Shown here: positions 21,201 through 30,322 of the stretch, one piece after another
Layout: each line of letters opens with the position of its first letter
Numbering within the stretch: position 1 is the first letter of the stretch
Assembly: GCA_963682135.1 (NCBI GenBank)
Contig: OY821645.1
Coordinates: 1 to 64,000, forward strand
From: Methanothrix sp.
GTDB taxonomy: Archaea > Halobacteriota > Methanosarcinia > Methanotrichales > Methanotrichaceae
DNA length: 64,000 nucleotides
Direction of reading: 5' to 3'
The notes under the pieces: model-generated
The model's input: the letters and a program-made list of their open reading frames with translations, nothing else
Told to the model about the DNA's origin: nothing
Database searches by the model: none
Program-made: the position numbers and the translations under genes

Positions 21201-21548
21201 ATGAGCAAGAAATTTGCAGCTTTATTGCTATTGCCAGCTCTGTTGCTGGTAGCACCAGTTTGCTTTGCACAATCTGATCATGAGAAAGAGCAGGTCTGGC
21301 TTCCTCCCAGTTGGGTTTTTGGCAGTGGATACACTCCCTATGATTATCCCGGCAGCGTGGGGGGCTGGGGGGGTGATGTCTTTTCCTACTATAACTATCA
21401 AGGGAAGACCTATCGACCAGATCGATATTACTACTATCCAGGTGGTGTCTGGTATCCGTCCTATTATCGATATGGGTACTACAATCCATACGCTTACCGC
21501 AATTATTGGTACCCTTACACTTACCATAGCGGTTACTGGTGGTCTTGA
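21201..21548 (+). CDS. Secreted Tyr/Trp/Gly/Pro-rich small protein
   Basis: RBS AGGTGAGG, signal peptide, RYYYYPGGVWYPSYYRYGYY. Confidence 0.7.
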   Translation: MSKKFAALLLLPALLLVAPVCFAQSDHEKEQVWLPPSWVFGSGYTPYDYPGSVGGWGGDVFSYYNYQGKTYRPDRYYYYPGGVWYPSYYRYGYYNPYAYRNYWYPYTYHSGYWWS

Positions 21549-21679
21549 TTAGCTCATTCTGAGTGGGGTGATCCTAATTGACCTGGATCGCCTCTGTTTT
21601 TTGTCGACGATCTACTACATGATATAAATTATTGGCTGCAAAAGAAAAAAAAGTAGTTTGAATCTTCAGCAAATTTGTG

Positions 21680-22891
21680 TCAGATCGGCGCGTAGCCTGC
21701 CAATTCCATGTAGCCTGTGCCTATCTGTTTGCCGCTTATATCTCCTTCACGAACTCGCATTATTCCTTCCCAGTACTTAACCTCACCTTGGGCGACATTC
21801 ATAGTCTGTTCATCAAAGTAGGGCTGCAACGCGTATTTGCCGACTGGAGTATTGATGGTCCAATCCAACGGATATTTGAAACCAAACAGATCGGATTTCC
21901 ACCATCGGGTTGCGGTCAAGTTTGCTGCATCTTCTCCATACCACCATTCAACTTTTCCGTTGCGATCAATATAGCTCAGGCCACGTTGATCGGGGATGTC
22001 GTTTAATGATGGATCTTTGAAATTGTACAGCATGACAAAGCTGCCGTCATCGAGGCGCAAGCTAAACCAATCCCATGCAGGTAAGCATTTCCCAAAACCA
22101 CCCCATTGATGGTCAAACCAGCTGGATCCTTGAACATCAATGCTGCGTCCATCTATTGTAAGAGTTCCCGTTGTCGTCATCGATGGATGAGAGTAATAAT
22201 AGGATTTTCCTGACATTGGTTGCGAACCCATATCCTGGCAAGCACCTTGGTCACTTAATCCATCTTGCCCGTGGATGTAATAATCAGCATTATCGTTTAC
22301 TATGGTCAGATTAAGGGAAATGTTCTGCCCATGTCCGCCGTCATTGGATACATTTCCAGATGCTGCAATGTTCCAGGCGTCTAGATCTTCCCAATAAGTG
22401 AGTGTTGTTTGATTATCCTCGTAACGCCAGTATGGTCCCATATCAGCATCAGTGCCATTGGTGATATTGGCCTGATCGGGAAGAGCTACGTATCGATAAC
22501 GCGGGTGCTGGCTATTGCGAATATCGCTAATGGCAGCATGATTGACGTAGCCAATCAATCCCGGTTGCAGGTTTTGCTGAAAGAGCGTATACTGGAAGCC
22601 ATACAGGTCACCGGTCTTGATATCTTCTAATTCGCCTGTCCAGTAAAGCCACTCAACAAAGAGTTCAATATTCTCGACAATTGCCTCTGGCTGGTGCAGG
22701 ACATGATCCTCAGGAAATTCGAATACATCCCCGGCACTACCTGAATTATTGCCTTTTGATAGAGCTGGAGCAATATTAGTATCATGCAATAAGTTTTCAT
22801 CTGCCGAGACTGCCGGAATCAGGACGGCAATTAGACAACTCACGATAAGAAGCATTAGCCCCAAATCTGATTGATTGGTATACAGTTTCAT
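21680..22891 (-). CDS. Secreted AttH/CrtC-like double-lipocalin protein
   Basis: FPEDH, EWLYWTG, SYYYS, WFDHQWG, WDWFSL, YWEG, GYMELAGY. Confidence 0.85.
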   Translation of the reverse strand: MKLYTNQSDLGLMLLIVSCLIAVLIPAVSADENLLHDTNIAPALSKGNNSGSAGDVFEFPEDHVLHQPEAIVENIELFVEWLYWTGELEDIKTGDLYGFQYTLFQQNLQPGLIGYVNHAAISDIRNSQHPRYRYVALPDQANITNGTDADMGPYWRYEDNQTTLTYWEDLDAWNIAASGNVSNDGGHGQNISLNLTIVNDNADYYIHGQDGLSDQGACQDMGSQPMSGKSYYYSHPSMTTTGTLTIDGRSIDVQGSSWFDHQWGGFGKCLPAWDWFSLRLDDGSFVMLYNFKDPSLNDIPDQRGLSYIDRNGKVEWWYGEDAANLTATRWWKSDLFGFKYPLDWTINTPVGKYALQPYFDEQTMNVAQGEVKYWEGIMRVREGDISGKQIGTGYMELAGYAPI

Positions 22892-22914
22892 CTTGATGAC
22901 TCCTAGACTTTTGG

Positions 22915-23649
22915 TCAGGTGATGATTAGGTTCCTTTCATAAAGATTTAATATCTTGCGTGCCGTTTCCTCCTCTCCTTGCGGCACCGGGATCCCAATGT
23001 CGAAGGGAGTGCGGATATTGAGCCCGACAGACTGGGTGAAGGAGAATATTAGCACCGCAGGCTTTTTTCCTGTTTTCTCCTGGAATGTTGCTCCATCCAT
23101 TCTCATAAGCAAGGATTGGAACGGATAGACTGCTCCTTCATAAATAATCCCATTCTCCGCGATGTAAGCTTCTCTAGGAGACGCAAGTGCATATTTCAGC
23201 ACTATCGCCGGAGCAATCCTGGAGACAATGAAGAGGAAGACTGTGAATGCCAGAAGAAATACCCCGCTTATGAAGCCTCCTTCTCCGGCAAATATCATCA
23301 TAACCAGCGAGGCGAGAGCAAGCATTCCTCCAATAATGAGAAACATAGCACGATTTCTTTCCTGATAATCTGCATATTCGCGCCTCGCACTCTGCTCAGC
23401 TTCGTCTGCTGAGTATATCCAATGGGCCAGTGGCTGTGTGCTGTTCAGAATGCAATCCATAACCCTGGCACGGTGGAAAAATAATGCAGCGACCGCAACT
23501 GCTGAAACTGCGAGGAAGAATGATACGAATGCGATAGCATAGCCTCCAGAGAAGCCGTCAATAAAGATGAATGCACAGATGCAAACGACTGAAAAGATTG
23601 CTGCCAGAAACAGCGATCTGTAGCACCATTTCCACTGAGTATTCTGCAT
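22915..23649 (-). CDS. Four-TM membrane hypothetical protein
   Basis: Two pairs of hydrophobic helices, C-terminal IPVPQGEEE. Confidence 0.7.
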   Translation of the reverse strand: MQNTQWKWCYRSLFLAAIFSVVCICAFIFIDGFSGGYAIAFVSFFLAVSAVAVAALFFHRARVMDCILNSTQPLAHWIYSADEAEQSARREYADYQERNRAMFLIIGGMLALASLVMMIFAGEGGFISGVFLLAFTVFLFIVSRIAPAIVLKYALASPREAYIAENGIIYEGAVYPFQSLLMRMDGATFQEKTGKKPAVLIFSFTQSVGLNIRTPFDIGIPVPQGEEETARKILNLYERNLIIT

Positions 23650-23748
23650 CGTCTCTATCTTTTGTGTTATTGATCCAGATATAGCTATGTGTTTGCAGGC
23701 AAACCTTTTTTGCTCATGAGCCTCAATCGGCGTGGTGGAGGTTGATCT

Positions 23749-24051
23749 ATGAGACTGCTAATTGGCGTTATGCTTCTTCTACTGATTATTGGCTTGGCAG
23801 AATCAATACAGGAAGGTGCAACTACAGGAAAGATGATCTTCCTTGGCAGCTTATCCAAGAATGCTATGATTCAAGCCAATGTTTCAAATGAGACCAATAT
23901 CACAAATCAAACTAATATAACAAATCCAGCCAGCAAGGTAATTGCTATAAAGAATCCCATGAGCGTAATTCCTGTATCGAATAAGGTCAAGGGGTTAACT
24001 TTACCCAACTCCATACAAGCCAACTCAATTGCATACAGATTTACAACCTGA
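23749..24051 (+). CDS. Small secreted hypothetical protein with N-x-T sequons
   Basis: RBS GGAGG, signal peptide, NVSNETNITNQTNIT. Confidence 0.6.
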   Translation: MRLLIGVMLLLLIIGLAESIQEGATTGKMIFLGSLSKNAMIQANVSNETNITNQTNITNPASKVIAIKNPMSVIPVSNKVKGLTLPNSIQANSIAYRFTT

Positions 24052-24052
24052 A

Positions 24053-24210
24053 CTTTCATCCGTTACGACTGCATCGTAACTCCTGCAAACTCTGCGGAGT
24101 TAGCGAGATCACCCAGAAGGATGGGGACTTACCGATGTTTCGACTTCTCGTCGAAACTCTCGCTGACCCGCGGTTAGCGAAATCCGTCCTTCGCAATCCT
24201 ACAAGCTAAA
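24053..24210 (-). mobile_element. Orphan IS200/IS605 left-end remnant interrupted by two ~48 bp palindromic inserts
   Basis: Reverse strand has GTAGGATTGCGAAGGAC, AAGTCCCCATCCTTC(T)GGGTG and GGATGAAAG in the same order as the tnpB element left end at 62505-62560. Confidence 0.8.
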
Positions 24211-24245
24211 AGGTTTTTCTATTGGATGGCCTGCCATCTTGATTC

Positions 24246-24390
24246 GCCTTCTCGTGCGCCCCCTGTGCCCGCTCGCACGGGCACTCCTGCATGCGCGTGG
24301 GCCGCCGCTGAGGGGCCGGGCCCATGTGGCGGCGATCCGGTGAGCGAGAGCGGGAAGCAGAAAGCTTGGGCGGACCAGGCAGGACGGAGA
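24246..24390 (+). repeat. GC-rich intergenic element, copy B
   Basis: CCTGCATGCGCGTGGGCCGCCGCTGAGGGGCCGGG...GGCGGCGATCCGG...GAAAGCTTGGG. Confidence 0.8.
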
Positions 24391-24395
24391 TCTCG

Positions 24396-24584
24396 TTAAG
24401 GGATTTCGTTTGCCTCAAAGACCTCTCTGCCAAAGGTTTCGATATGGAACTGGATGGCAGATTTCACATCGGCAAGAGCTTCTTCATAGGTATCGCCCTC
24501 TCCTACTACTATCCCTTTAATTCCGACTGGGTAGGCTACATAGCCATCAAAATGATTTTCTATAATTATTTTTACCGGTTGCAT
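24396..24584 (-). CDS. HicB-like antitoxin, orphan and probably truncated
   Basis: DGYVAY...GEGDTYEEALADVKSAIQFHIE; no HicA adjacent. Confidence 0.75.
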   Translation of the reverse strand: MQPVKIIIENHFDGYVAYPVGIKGIVVGEGDTYEEALADVKSAIQFHIETFGREVFEANEIP

Positions 24585-24691
24585 CCATTAGTAAGAGGCA
24601 TTTCTCGAAAATAAATCTATGCCTTGGCTTGAGCACTGAGTTCACGGCAATAGTGGAGCCGGACTCATGGATCGCCTATCTCCGGTTAGAA

Positions 24692-24820
24692 GCCGCATGT
24701 GGATGGCCGGAAGCCCGCGAACATGAGCTTGATCGTGTCTGTGCGCTCACACGTGGGCAAGGCATGCCTGGTTAGCCGGTGCCCTCTGGCAGCTTGCCCA
24801 GATTGCCGATCTCGATCTGG
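24692..24820 (+). repeat. GC-rich intergenic element, copy C
   Basis: GTGCGCTCACACGTGGGC...GGTGCCCTCTGGCAGCTT; aligns with 33403-33530. Confidence 0.75.
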
Positions 24821-24858
24821 TCTTTAAATATCACCACCATAATGTGGAGCCCTCTCGT

Positions 24859-25212
24859 TCACCTGGCCTCTTTACAGAGCTCTTCTTGAATCTTCAGTAT
24901 CTTCTCCTTCAGATCCGGAAAATCCACTGTTGCCGCCTGCCAGACTGCTTCTAGATCTACCCCAAAATATTGATGGACTACAATATCCCTCATTCCTGCC
25001 ATGTCTCTCCAGGGAACCTCTGGGTGATCTTTTCTCAGATCAGCGGGCAGGTTTTTCACAGCTTCTCCGATTATCTCGATCCTTCGGATGATTTTATCCT
25101 GCAGGCCAACTGAATTCATCAAATCCAGCTCGGTCTTTCCCCTGGAATAACTCTCGATAAGCTCAATGCTGTCTAATATATGGCCCAGGAAAACTGTTGG
25201 ATCTTTCTTCAT
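24859..25212 (-). CDS. HepT (DUF86) HEPN RNase toxin
   Basis: [24 protein letters not shown] (R-x4-H-x-Y). Confidence 0.92.
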   Translation of the reverse strand: MKKDPTVFLGHILDSIELIESYSRGKTELDLMNSVGLQDKIIRRIEIIGEAVKNLPADLRKDHPEVPWRDMAGMRDIVVHQYFGVDLEAVWQAATVDFPDLKEKILKIQEELCKEAR

Positions 25213-25496
25213 ATTATCTGGACTTGCTCGGCCAGAATTCTATCTTTGAGACGGGGGTGCAGCGACTTGTAAGTCAGAACATCTACTCGTCTGCTAATGG
25301 CATCTTCCAGCTCGTTCTTCAAATGGGCTATATCCAGAAGGCTCTTTTTCCCTTTAAATTCGACCAAAAGATCCACATCGCTCTCTTCGGTCATCTCCCC
25401 TCTCACGATTGAACCGAAAAAGGATGCCTTTTTTACATCATTTCTGTGCAAGATGCCTATTATCTTTTCACGAACGGGCTGCATCTGGTCGTTCAA
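25209..25496 (-). CDS. MNT nucleotidyltransferase antitoxin
   Basis: [19 protein letters not shown] (GS-x10-DxD); overlaps HepT start. Confidence 0.92.
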   Translation of the reverse strand: MNDQMQPVREKIIGILHRNDVKKASFFGSIVRGEMTEESDVDLLVEFKGKKSLLDIAHLKNELEDAISRRVDVLTYKSLHPRLKDRILAEQVQII

Positions 25497-25640
25497 GCTT
25501 TTCCCCTCTCTAAAGACAATGAGGTCATGACATTTGACCTTTTCTAAGATGTAATCTGCGTTAGCCGGAATTCCAATATACTTTATCCAGTTCATCCTGA
25601 CAGGCACGCTGCCCATGCCGCCTTCCCCGGATCATTTACC

Positions 25641-25730
25641 ATTCTCGTGTGCTGCCTTCGCACGCCGGGGCCACTCGCCCCTGGATCCGCCTGCTCGCGC
25701 TCGTTCGCACGCGCGTAAGCCGGAGCCCTT
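25641..25730 (+). repeat. GC-rich intergenic element, copy D
   Basis: TTCTCGTGTGCTGCCTTCGCACGCCGGGGCC...GCACGCGCGT. Confidence 0.7.
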
Positions 25731-25905
25731 TGGAGCTGGCTACCACAGCTACTGCGGCATCCAGATAAGGAAATTCCAGATCAATGCAAGATGGCGGGCA
25801 GCCTGGCGTCAGTTGCCATCTTCCAGCTTTGGAGCGTATTTGAGGCAGATTTTTATTCTTTGACATCACACATGTAATCGTGAAAATGGGATCGGTGACC
25901 TAACA

Positions 25906-26193
25906 ATGAAGATTATCGACATCTTGAGAAAGCGTGATCGAGAAATAAAAGAGCGATTCCATGTCAAGAGAATAGGCCTATTCGGCTCCTTTGCTCGCGG
26001 GGATGAGAAAGAAACCAGCGACGTGGATATAATGGTGGAGTTTGAAAAGCCGACTTTTAACAACTTCATGAATTTAGCCTTCTTCCTCGAAGATCTCTTT
26101 GGCAGGAGGGTGGAGCTTGTCACACCTGATTCATTGAGCCCCTACATTGCTTCATACGTCGCAAGAGAGGTGGTATGGGCTGATCAAAGATGA
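25906..26193 (+). CDS. MNT nucleotidyltransferase antitoxin
   Basis: FGSFARGDEKETSDVDIMV. Confidence 0.92.
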   Translation: MKIIDILRKRDREIKERFHVKRIGLFGSFARGDEKETSDVDIMVEFEKPTFNNFMNLAFFLEDLFGRRVELVTPDSLSPYIASYVAREVVWADQR

Positions 26194-26405
26194 CTCTGTC
26201 TTTTTAAAGCACATTCTCGATGAAATTGACTTTCTCGACGAGAGCGGAATTGGAATCAAATTTGGAGACCTGATAAAAAATAAGGAAAAACAAAGAGCAT
26301 GGCTTAGAAGCCTCGAAGTAATAGGTGAGGCGACAAAGAATTTGTCAGTCGAATTTCGTGAGAAGCATCCTGAGATAGAATGGAGAAAGGTGGCGGGACT
26401 TCGAG

Positions 26406-28053
26406 CCTGACCTCCCCATTTTTTAGGCACACATATGAATGGCATCCAGAATTTGACGCTGTTTCTTAGTGATCTCGGTCGTGATTCTTTCTCCATCCGG
26501 CAAGACCATGATCTTGATTTTTTCGAGTTCAGTGAACAATCCCTCAACCGAGTATCTTTTATTCAGCTCGGCATCGATCATCATTCGCATGAGCTTCATC
26601 CTCAAGATCAGAGCAAGGAATGAAATGAATAGGTAGCCCCTTAGACTACTGTTGGTCCTCAGGTTCGCGGGCATCAAATCGATGTCGTTCTTCAGAACAT
26701 CGAATCCCTTTTCAACGATATCCTTGCTTCTATAAAGCGCAAGACATTCCACCCACGTGAACTCGCCTCGATAAAGCAAGATAAACTTTCCCATTTTATT
26801 AATAGCCTGGGAGACCGCATTTTTTCTAAGTGATACCTGAAACTTACCGTCTATTGCTTTCCATTCTATAAACTTGGCATCTCTTTTCGCAGTCGCCCTG
26901 AAAACTTCTCCAGGATTCATCCAGGGTTTCAGGTTCTTGGACTTGAGCACTTCCATCAAATCGTAGAGTCGCTTATAAAACGTATTTCTTTCCTGCTGCT
27001 CTCTTTTCTGATCGTAATATGCATATCCGTTCAGCTTGTTTTCACCAACATCGATCTCTACAGGCATCACAAACAGCGGCTCTTTTTCATAGAGTTTTAG
27101 ATGCTCTGGATCGTCAATGCTTTTGTGGATAGCAGATATCGCTTCTTTGACGTTCTTGAGATTACTCGTTGGCGGAATAATGAACGACAGATCTGCAGAT
27201 ATCATCTCCTCGATATTGTCGGTTGAAAAGAAGCCTCTATCCATGATCAGAGTATAATTTCTGACGCCCTGTGCATTCATTTTCTTGATAGTATTCTTAA
27301 GCGTAGATACATCTGCGATGCTTCCTGGGTAGAGATCATACATCAACGGTATGCCCAGATCTTTGTCCACGACTAGAGACAGATTGATTTGAGGCAGGTC
27401 GAGGCCATCTCGATTATAGCCGTATTCAAGGAGGCTGATGCTCTGAGAGTAAGACGAAAAGGAGGTTATATCGTAGACTAGCGTGCTGGCTGTGGATACT
27501 TGCTCAATGAGTTTGCGAGAGAATTCCAGATTCACAGTACCTTCACCGATACTGCTTAGCATTCGTGAAAGGCTCTGTGATGATAAGGGAAGATTCGGAT
27601 GGTCTTCAGACATGACCGTACCTTCATACCAGCTCTGGATATGGGTTAGTGCTCGGGGGTGTGTGGCATAGTTCATTGCCAGTGTCAAAATCGGCCGGAC
27701 TTCTTTACCAGGAAGAACATCAGAGAGGATCTTTTCTAGCTTAAGGTCCTCTGTGATCTTCTTGAGTGGAACGAATTCGCCATGCGATAGCACTTTCTTG
27801 GGGATTTGGTCTTTGGCGCGAACCTTCACGGGAACTCCATTGACATTCTTTCCCAAGTATTTGCTTTTCTGCCGAATTTGCTTCTTTTCCTTATCGTAAT
27901 AAGGTGTAATTTCATATATGTATTCCAGGCCATTTATCTTTTTGGTTCGAATAAAAGATTTCATGTTGTATTTAGGCACAGCATACTATTTATAGTTTTT
28001 GGTCATCGATGGCGAAAATTGATCAGATATGCCTAAATTTCGGGGAGCTTAGG
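26406..28053 (-). mobile_element. IS1634-family insertion sequence
   Basis: TTCGAG duplicated at 26400-26405 and 28054-28059; imperfect 26 bp TIRs CCTGACCTCCCCATTTTTTAGGCACA / CCTAAGCTCCCCGAAATTTAGGCATA. Confidence 0.93.
26423..27979 (-). CDS. IS1634-family DDE transposase
   Basis: YDITSFS, YGYNRD, PQINL, IMDRGF, YRSKDIVEKGF. Confidence 0.93.
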   Translation of the reverse strand: MPKYNMKSFIRTKKINGLEYIYEITPYYDKEKKQIRQKSKYLGKNVNGVPVKVRAKDQIPKKVLSHGEFVPLKKITEDLKLEKILSDVLPGKEVRPILTLAMNYATHPRALTHIQSWYEGTVMSEDHPNLPLSSQSLSRMLSSIGEGTVNLEFSRKLIEQVSTASTLVYDITSFSSYSQSISLLEYGYNRDGLDLPQINLSLVVDKDLGIPLMYDLYPGSIADVSTLKNTIKKMNAQGVRNYTLIMDRGFFSTDNIEEMISADLSFIIPPTSNLKNVKEAISAIHKSIDDPEHLKLYEKEPLFVMPVEIDVGENKLNGYAYYDQKREQQERNTFYKRLYDLMEVLKSKNLKPWMNPGEVFRATAKRDAKFIEWKAIDGKFQVSLRKNAVSQAINKMGKFILLYRGEFTWVECLALYRSKDIVEKGFDVLKNDIDLMPANLRTNSSLRGYLFISFLALILRMKLMRMMIDAELNKRYSVEGLFTELEKIKIMVLPDGERITTEITKKQRQILDAIHMCA

Positions 28054-28269
28054 TTCGAGATAAGCTCATCCATCACTATTTTGGGGTGAAGTGGGAAATC
28101 GTTTGGGATGTTGTGAAGAACGAGATTCCAGAAATCAGGCTTAAGATTGAAGCAATGCTCTACGAATTCGATTCAACTCACTAGTCTCAGATTTTCGGAT
28201 CTGCTCTTATGGCGCGCATTGTTTGTTCAAACAATAGCGCCAGCTTCGGCCTCTCCGTTTCGCCTCTAA

Positions 28270-28345
28270 TTCTCTCATGCGCGTGGGCCGCTCTGAGAGG
28301 CCGGGGCTTACCTGGGGTGGCAAGCGTTCCTGCGGGCGAGAGGGA
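28270..28345 (+). repeat. GC-rich intergenic element, copy E
   Basis: CATGCGCGTGGGCCGCTCTGAGAGGCCGGGG...GCGGGCGAGAGG. Confidence 0.75.
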
Positions 28346-28359
28346 CTTTCAACGTTTCG

Positions 28360-28707
28360 CTAGAGGTCTACATCAGCCAATACATTTTGCATCATGAGTC
28401 GAAGCTCTGGAAATTCGATGGCAGCAGTTATCCAGACAATTTCCAGGTTCACTTTGAAATAACCATGTACGAGCCGATCCCTAATTCCAGCCATATCTCG
28501 CCAGGGAATCTCCGGATATTTTTCTCTAATCGAGTCTGGGATTTGCTTCGTCGCCTCTCCCACAATCTCAATGCACTTTGTTACCGAGAGAATTGTCTTT
28601 TTATCGTTTGCGAATTCTTCGAATGTCCTATATTTTATAAATTCTTCTGCATAACCCATATGCTCGATAATATCCTCAATATAACTCCCGTAATCACGTT
28701 TTTTCAT
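28360..28707 (-). CDS. HepT (DUF86) HEPN RNase toxin
   Basis: EIVGEATK, PWRDMAGIRDRLVHGY. Confidence 0.92.
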   Translation of the reverse strand: MKKRDYGSYIEDIIEHMGYAEEFIKYRTFEEFANDKKTILSVTKCIEIVGEATKQIPDSIREKYPEIPWRDMAGIRDRLVHGYFKVNLEIVWITAAIEFPELRLMMQNVLADVDL

Positions 28708-28997
28708 ACGTAAATTACCTCTTTCAGGATATGGCCGCTTATCCTGGGTTTGAGGCCTGACTTTGTTATAAGATCTACTCTTTCACCGATCTTGTCGCTC
28801 AAGTAGTTTTGCAATCCGACATAGCGGATGAGGCCGATCGGCTCCTCAAAGTCGATAAGCAAATCCAGATCGCTGGTCTCATTCTGTTCTCCTCGCACAA
28901 ATGAGCCGAAGATGCCGATTTCCTTCACTTTGAACCTTTGCCTGATGATCGGCTTTTGGTCTATCAGAATGCTCTTTACCTCTTGAAGCGTTTTCAT
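28704..28997 (-). CDS. MNT nucleotidyltransferase antitoxin
   Basis: FGSFVRGEQNETSDLDLLI. Confidence 0.92.
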   Translation of the reverse strand: MKTLQEVKSILIDQKPIIRQRFKVKEIGIFGSFVRGEQNETSDLDLLIDFEEPIGLIRYVGLQNYLSDKIGERVDLITKSGLKPRISGHILKEVIYV

Positions 28998-29168
28998 TGT
29001 CTCCTCTGAATCTTAAACGAATTGATAGTAAATAAATATGGTGAGATGTTTACATTACATCCAGATATGTCAAAAATTCTCAGGCATGAGATTTTTCTGC
29101 AGAAAGCTCGCTGGCTGCTTTGTCATCTTAAACTCGCATCTTATTCTTTTTGTGAACCGGATTTTGAT

Positions 29169-29290
29169 GCCGTTCGCCCGAGGGCGCGCCTGCATGCGCC
29201 TGGGCCGTCGCTGGGAGGCGGGACCGGGGGCTGGGCAAGTGGTGGTTTGCGGCGGGCGGGAGGACCGGAAGAGGAAAGCCAGAGCGGTTG
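29169..29290 (+). repeat. GC-rich intergenic element, copy F
   Basis: TCGCCCGAGGGCGCGCCTGCATGCGCCTGGGCCGTCGCTG...CGGCGGGCGGGAGG...GGAAAGC. Confidence 0.8.
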
Positions 29291-29485
29291 GAATGGATGA
29301 AGACTCCCCAATGCATTTGCGGTCCGATCGTGGCGACAGGATAGCCGTCCGGCAGAATGGACAGTAGAGAAAACCAGCTTGTTGGATTAGACAGCGTGCC
29401 AAGATCAAGCAGATCTGCAGAGCCCTTAGGAGCTTAAATAGACAGGTTTTTAATCTTCGGCGACATAATAATGGCGGTGGTTTCG

Positions 29486-29674
29486 ATGCTTGTTCGAGCG
29501 ATCTATGAGAACAGCGTTCTAAGGCCATTGGAAAGGCTGGATCTAAAAGATGGCGAACTGGTCGAGATCGAAGTGAAGAAAAGTCCTGTCGATCAACTTT
29601 ATGGCATCATAAAAATCCAGAATAAACAATGGCTGGATGAGATCATTGAGAGTCCTGATTTGGAGCCAATTTAA
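29486..29674 (+). CDS. AF2212-like (DUF104) antitoxin
   Basis: VRAIYENSVLRPLERLDLKDGELVEI. Confidence 0.88.
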   Translation: MLVRAIYENSVLRPLERLDLKDGELVEIEVKKSPVDQLYGIIKIQNKQWLDEIIESPDLEPI

Positions 29675-29680
29675 TGCCCT

Positions 29681-30175
29681 ATGACATCGAAACAGGTACG
29701 AATTGTTTTTGTCGATGCGAATATCTTGCTTTATGCAGTGTCCGGCCATTGGAAGTTTGGCAATTCATCCAAGTGGCTTCTTGAGTCTATAAATGACGGC
29801 GAATATAATGGAATTACATCAGTTCTTGTGTGCAGTGAAGTATTTCATAGGTCACTAATAGCAGAAATTGTGGAAAGAGAATGCATAAGTCCAGAATCGG
29901 TTTTGAAATGCCTGAAGAAAGATCCTGGTCTGGTGAGTGAATCAACTAAGGCCTGGACTGCAATCGAGAAAATAAAGCAGATAAATAACCTGAAGATAGT
30001 AGGAATTGATGACAGCGCTTTTGATATGGCACTGAGATATTCAAAGAAATTCGGACTCTTATCTAATGACGCTCTTCATCTGGCAATTATGAAACGGGAA
30101 GGTGTGAATACAATGGCATCAAATGACAGAGATTATAAGGGTGTTAGTTGGCTGCAGATCTGGAGGCCCCAATAA
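29681..30175 (+). CDS. VapC PIN-domain toxin
   Basis: VFVDANILL, EV, NDALHLA, ASNDRDY. Confidence 0.9.
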   Translation: MTSKQVRIVFVDANILLYAVSGHWKFGNSSKWLLESINDGEYNGITSVLVCSEVFHRSLIAEIVERECISPESVLKCLKKDPGLVSESTKAWTAIEKIKQINNLKIVGIDDSAFDMALRYSKKFGLLSNDALHLAIMKREGVNTMASNDRDYKGVSWLQIWRPQ

Positions 30176-30190
30176 CTGCCGTACTTTGAC

Positions 30191-30270
30191 TCGCCTCCCT
30201 TTCCCGTGCGCTGCCTTCGGTGCGCGTGGGGTCGGCGCGCTCAGGTGGGCCTGCGCCCTCGGGCCAGATC
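30191..30270 (+). repeat. GC-rich intergenic element, copy G
   Basis: TTCCCGTGCGCTGCCTTCGGTGCGCGTGGGG...GCGCCCTCGGGC. Confidence 0.75.
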
Positions 30271-30322
30271 CTTGGTAGCTGGTCGAATCGGGCAGCATTT
30301 TGAGCTCTTTTTCCTTTAGTTC

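Larger units (their letters stand above)
26180..28184 (+). pseudogene. HepT toxin gene interrupted by IS1634
   Basis: 5' part ...EVIGEATK...WRKVAGLR resumes after the IS as DKLIHHYFGVKWEIVW...FDSTH*. Confidence 0.92.
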
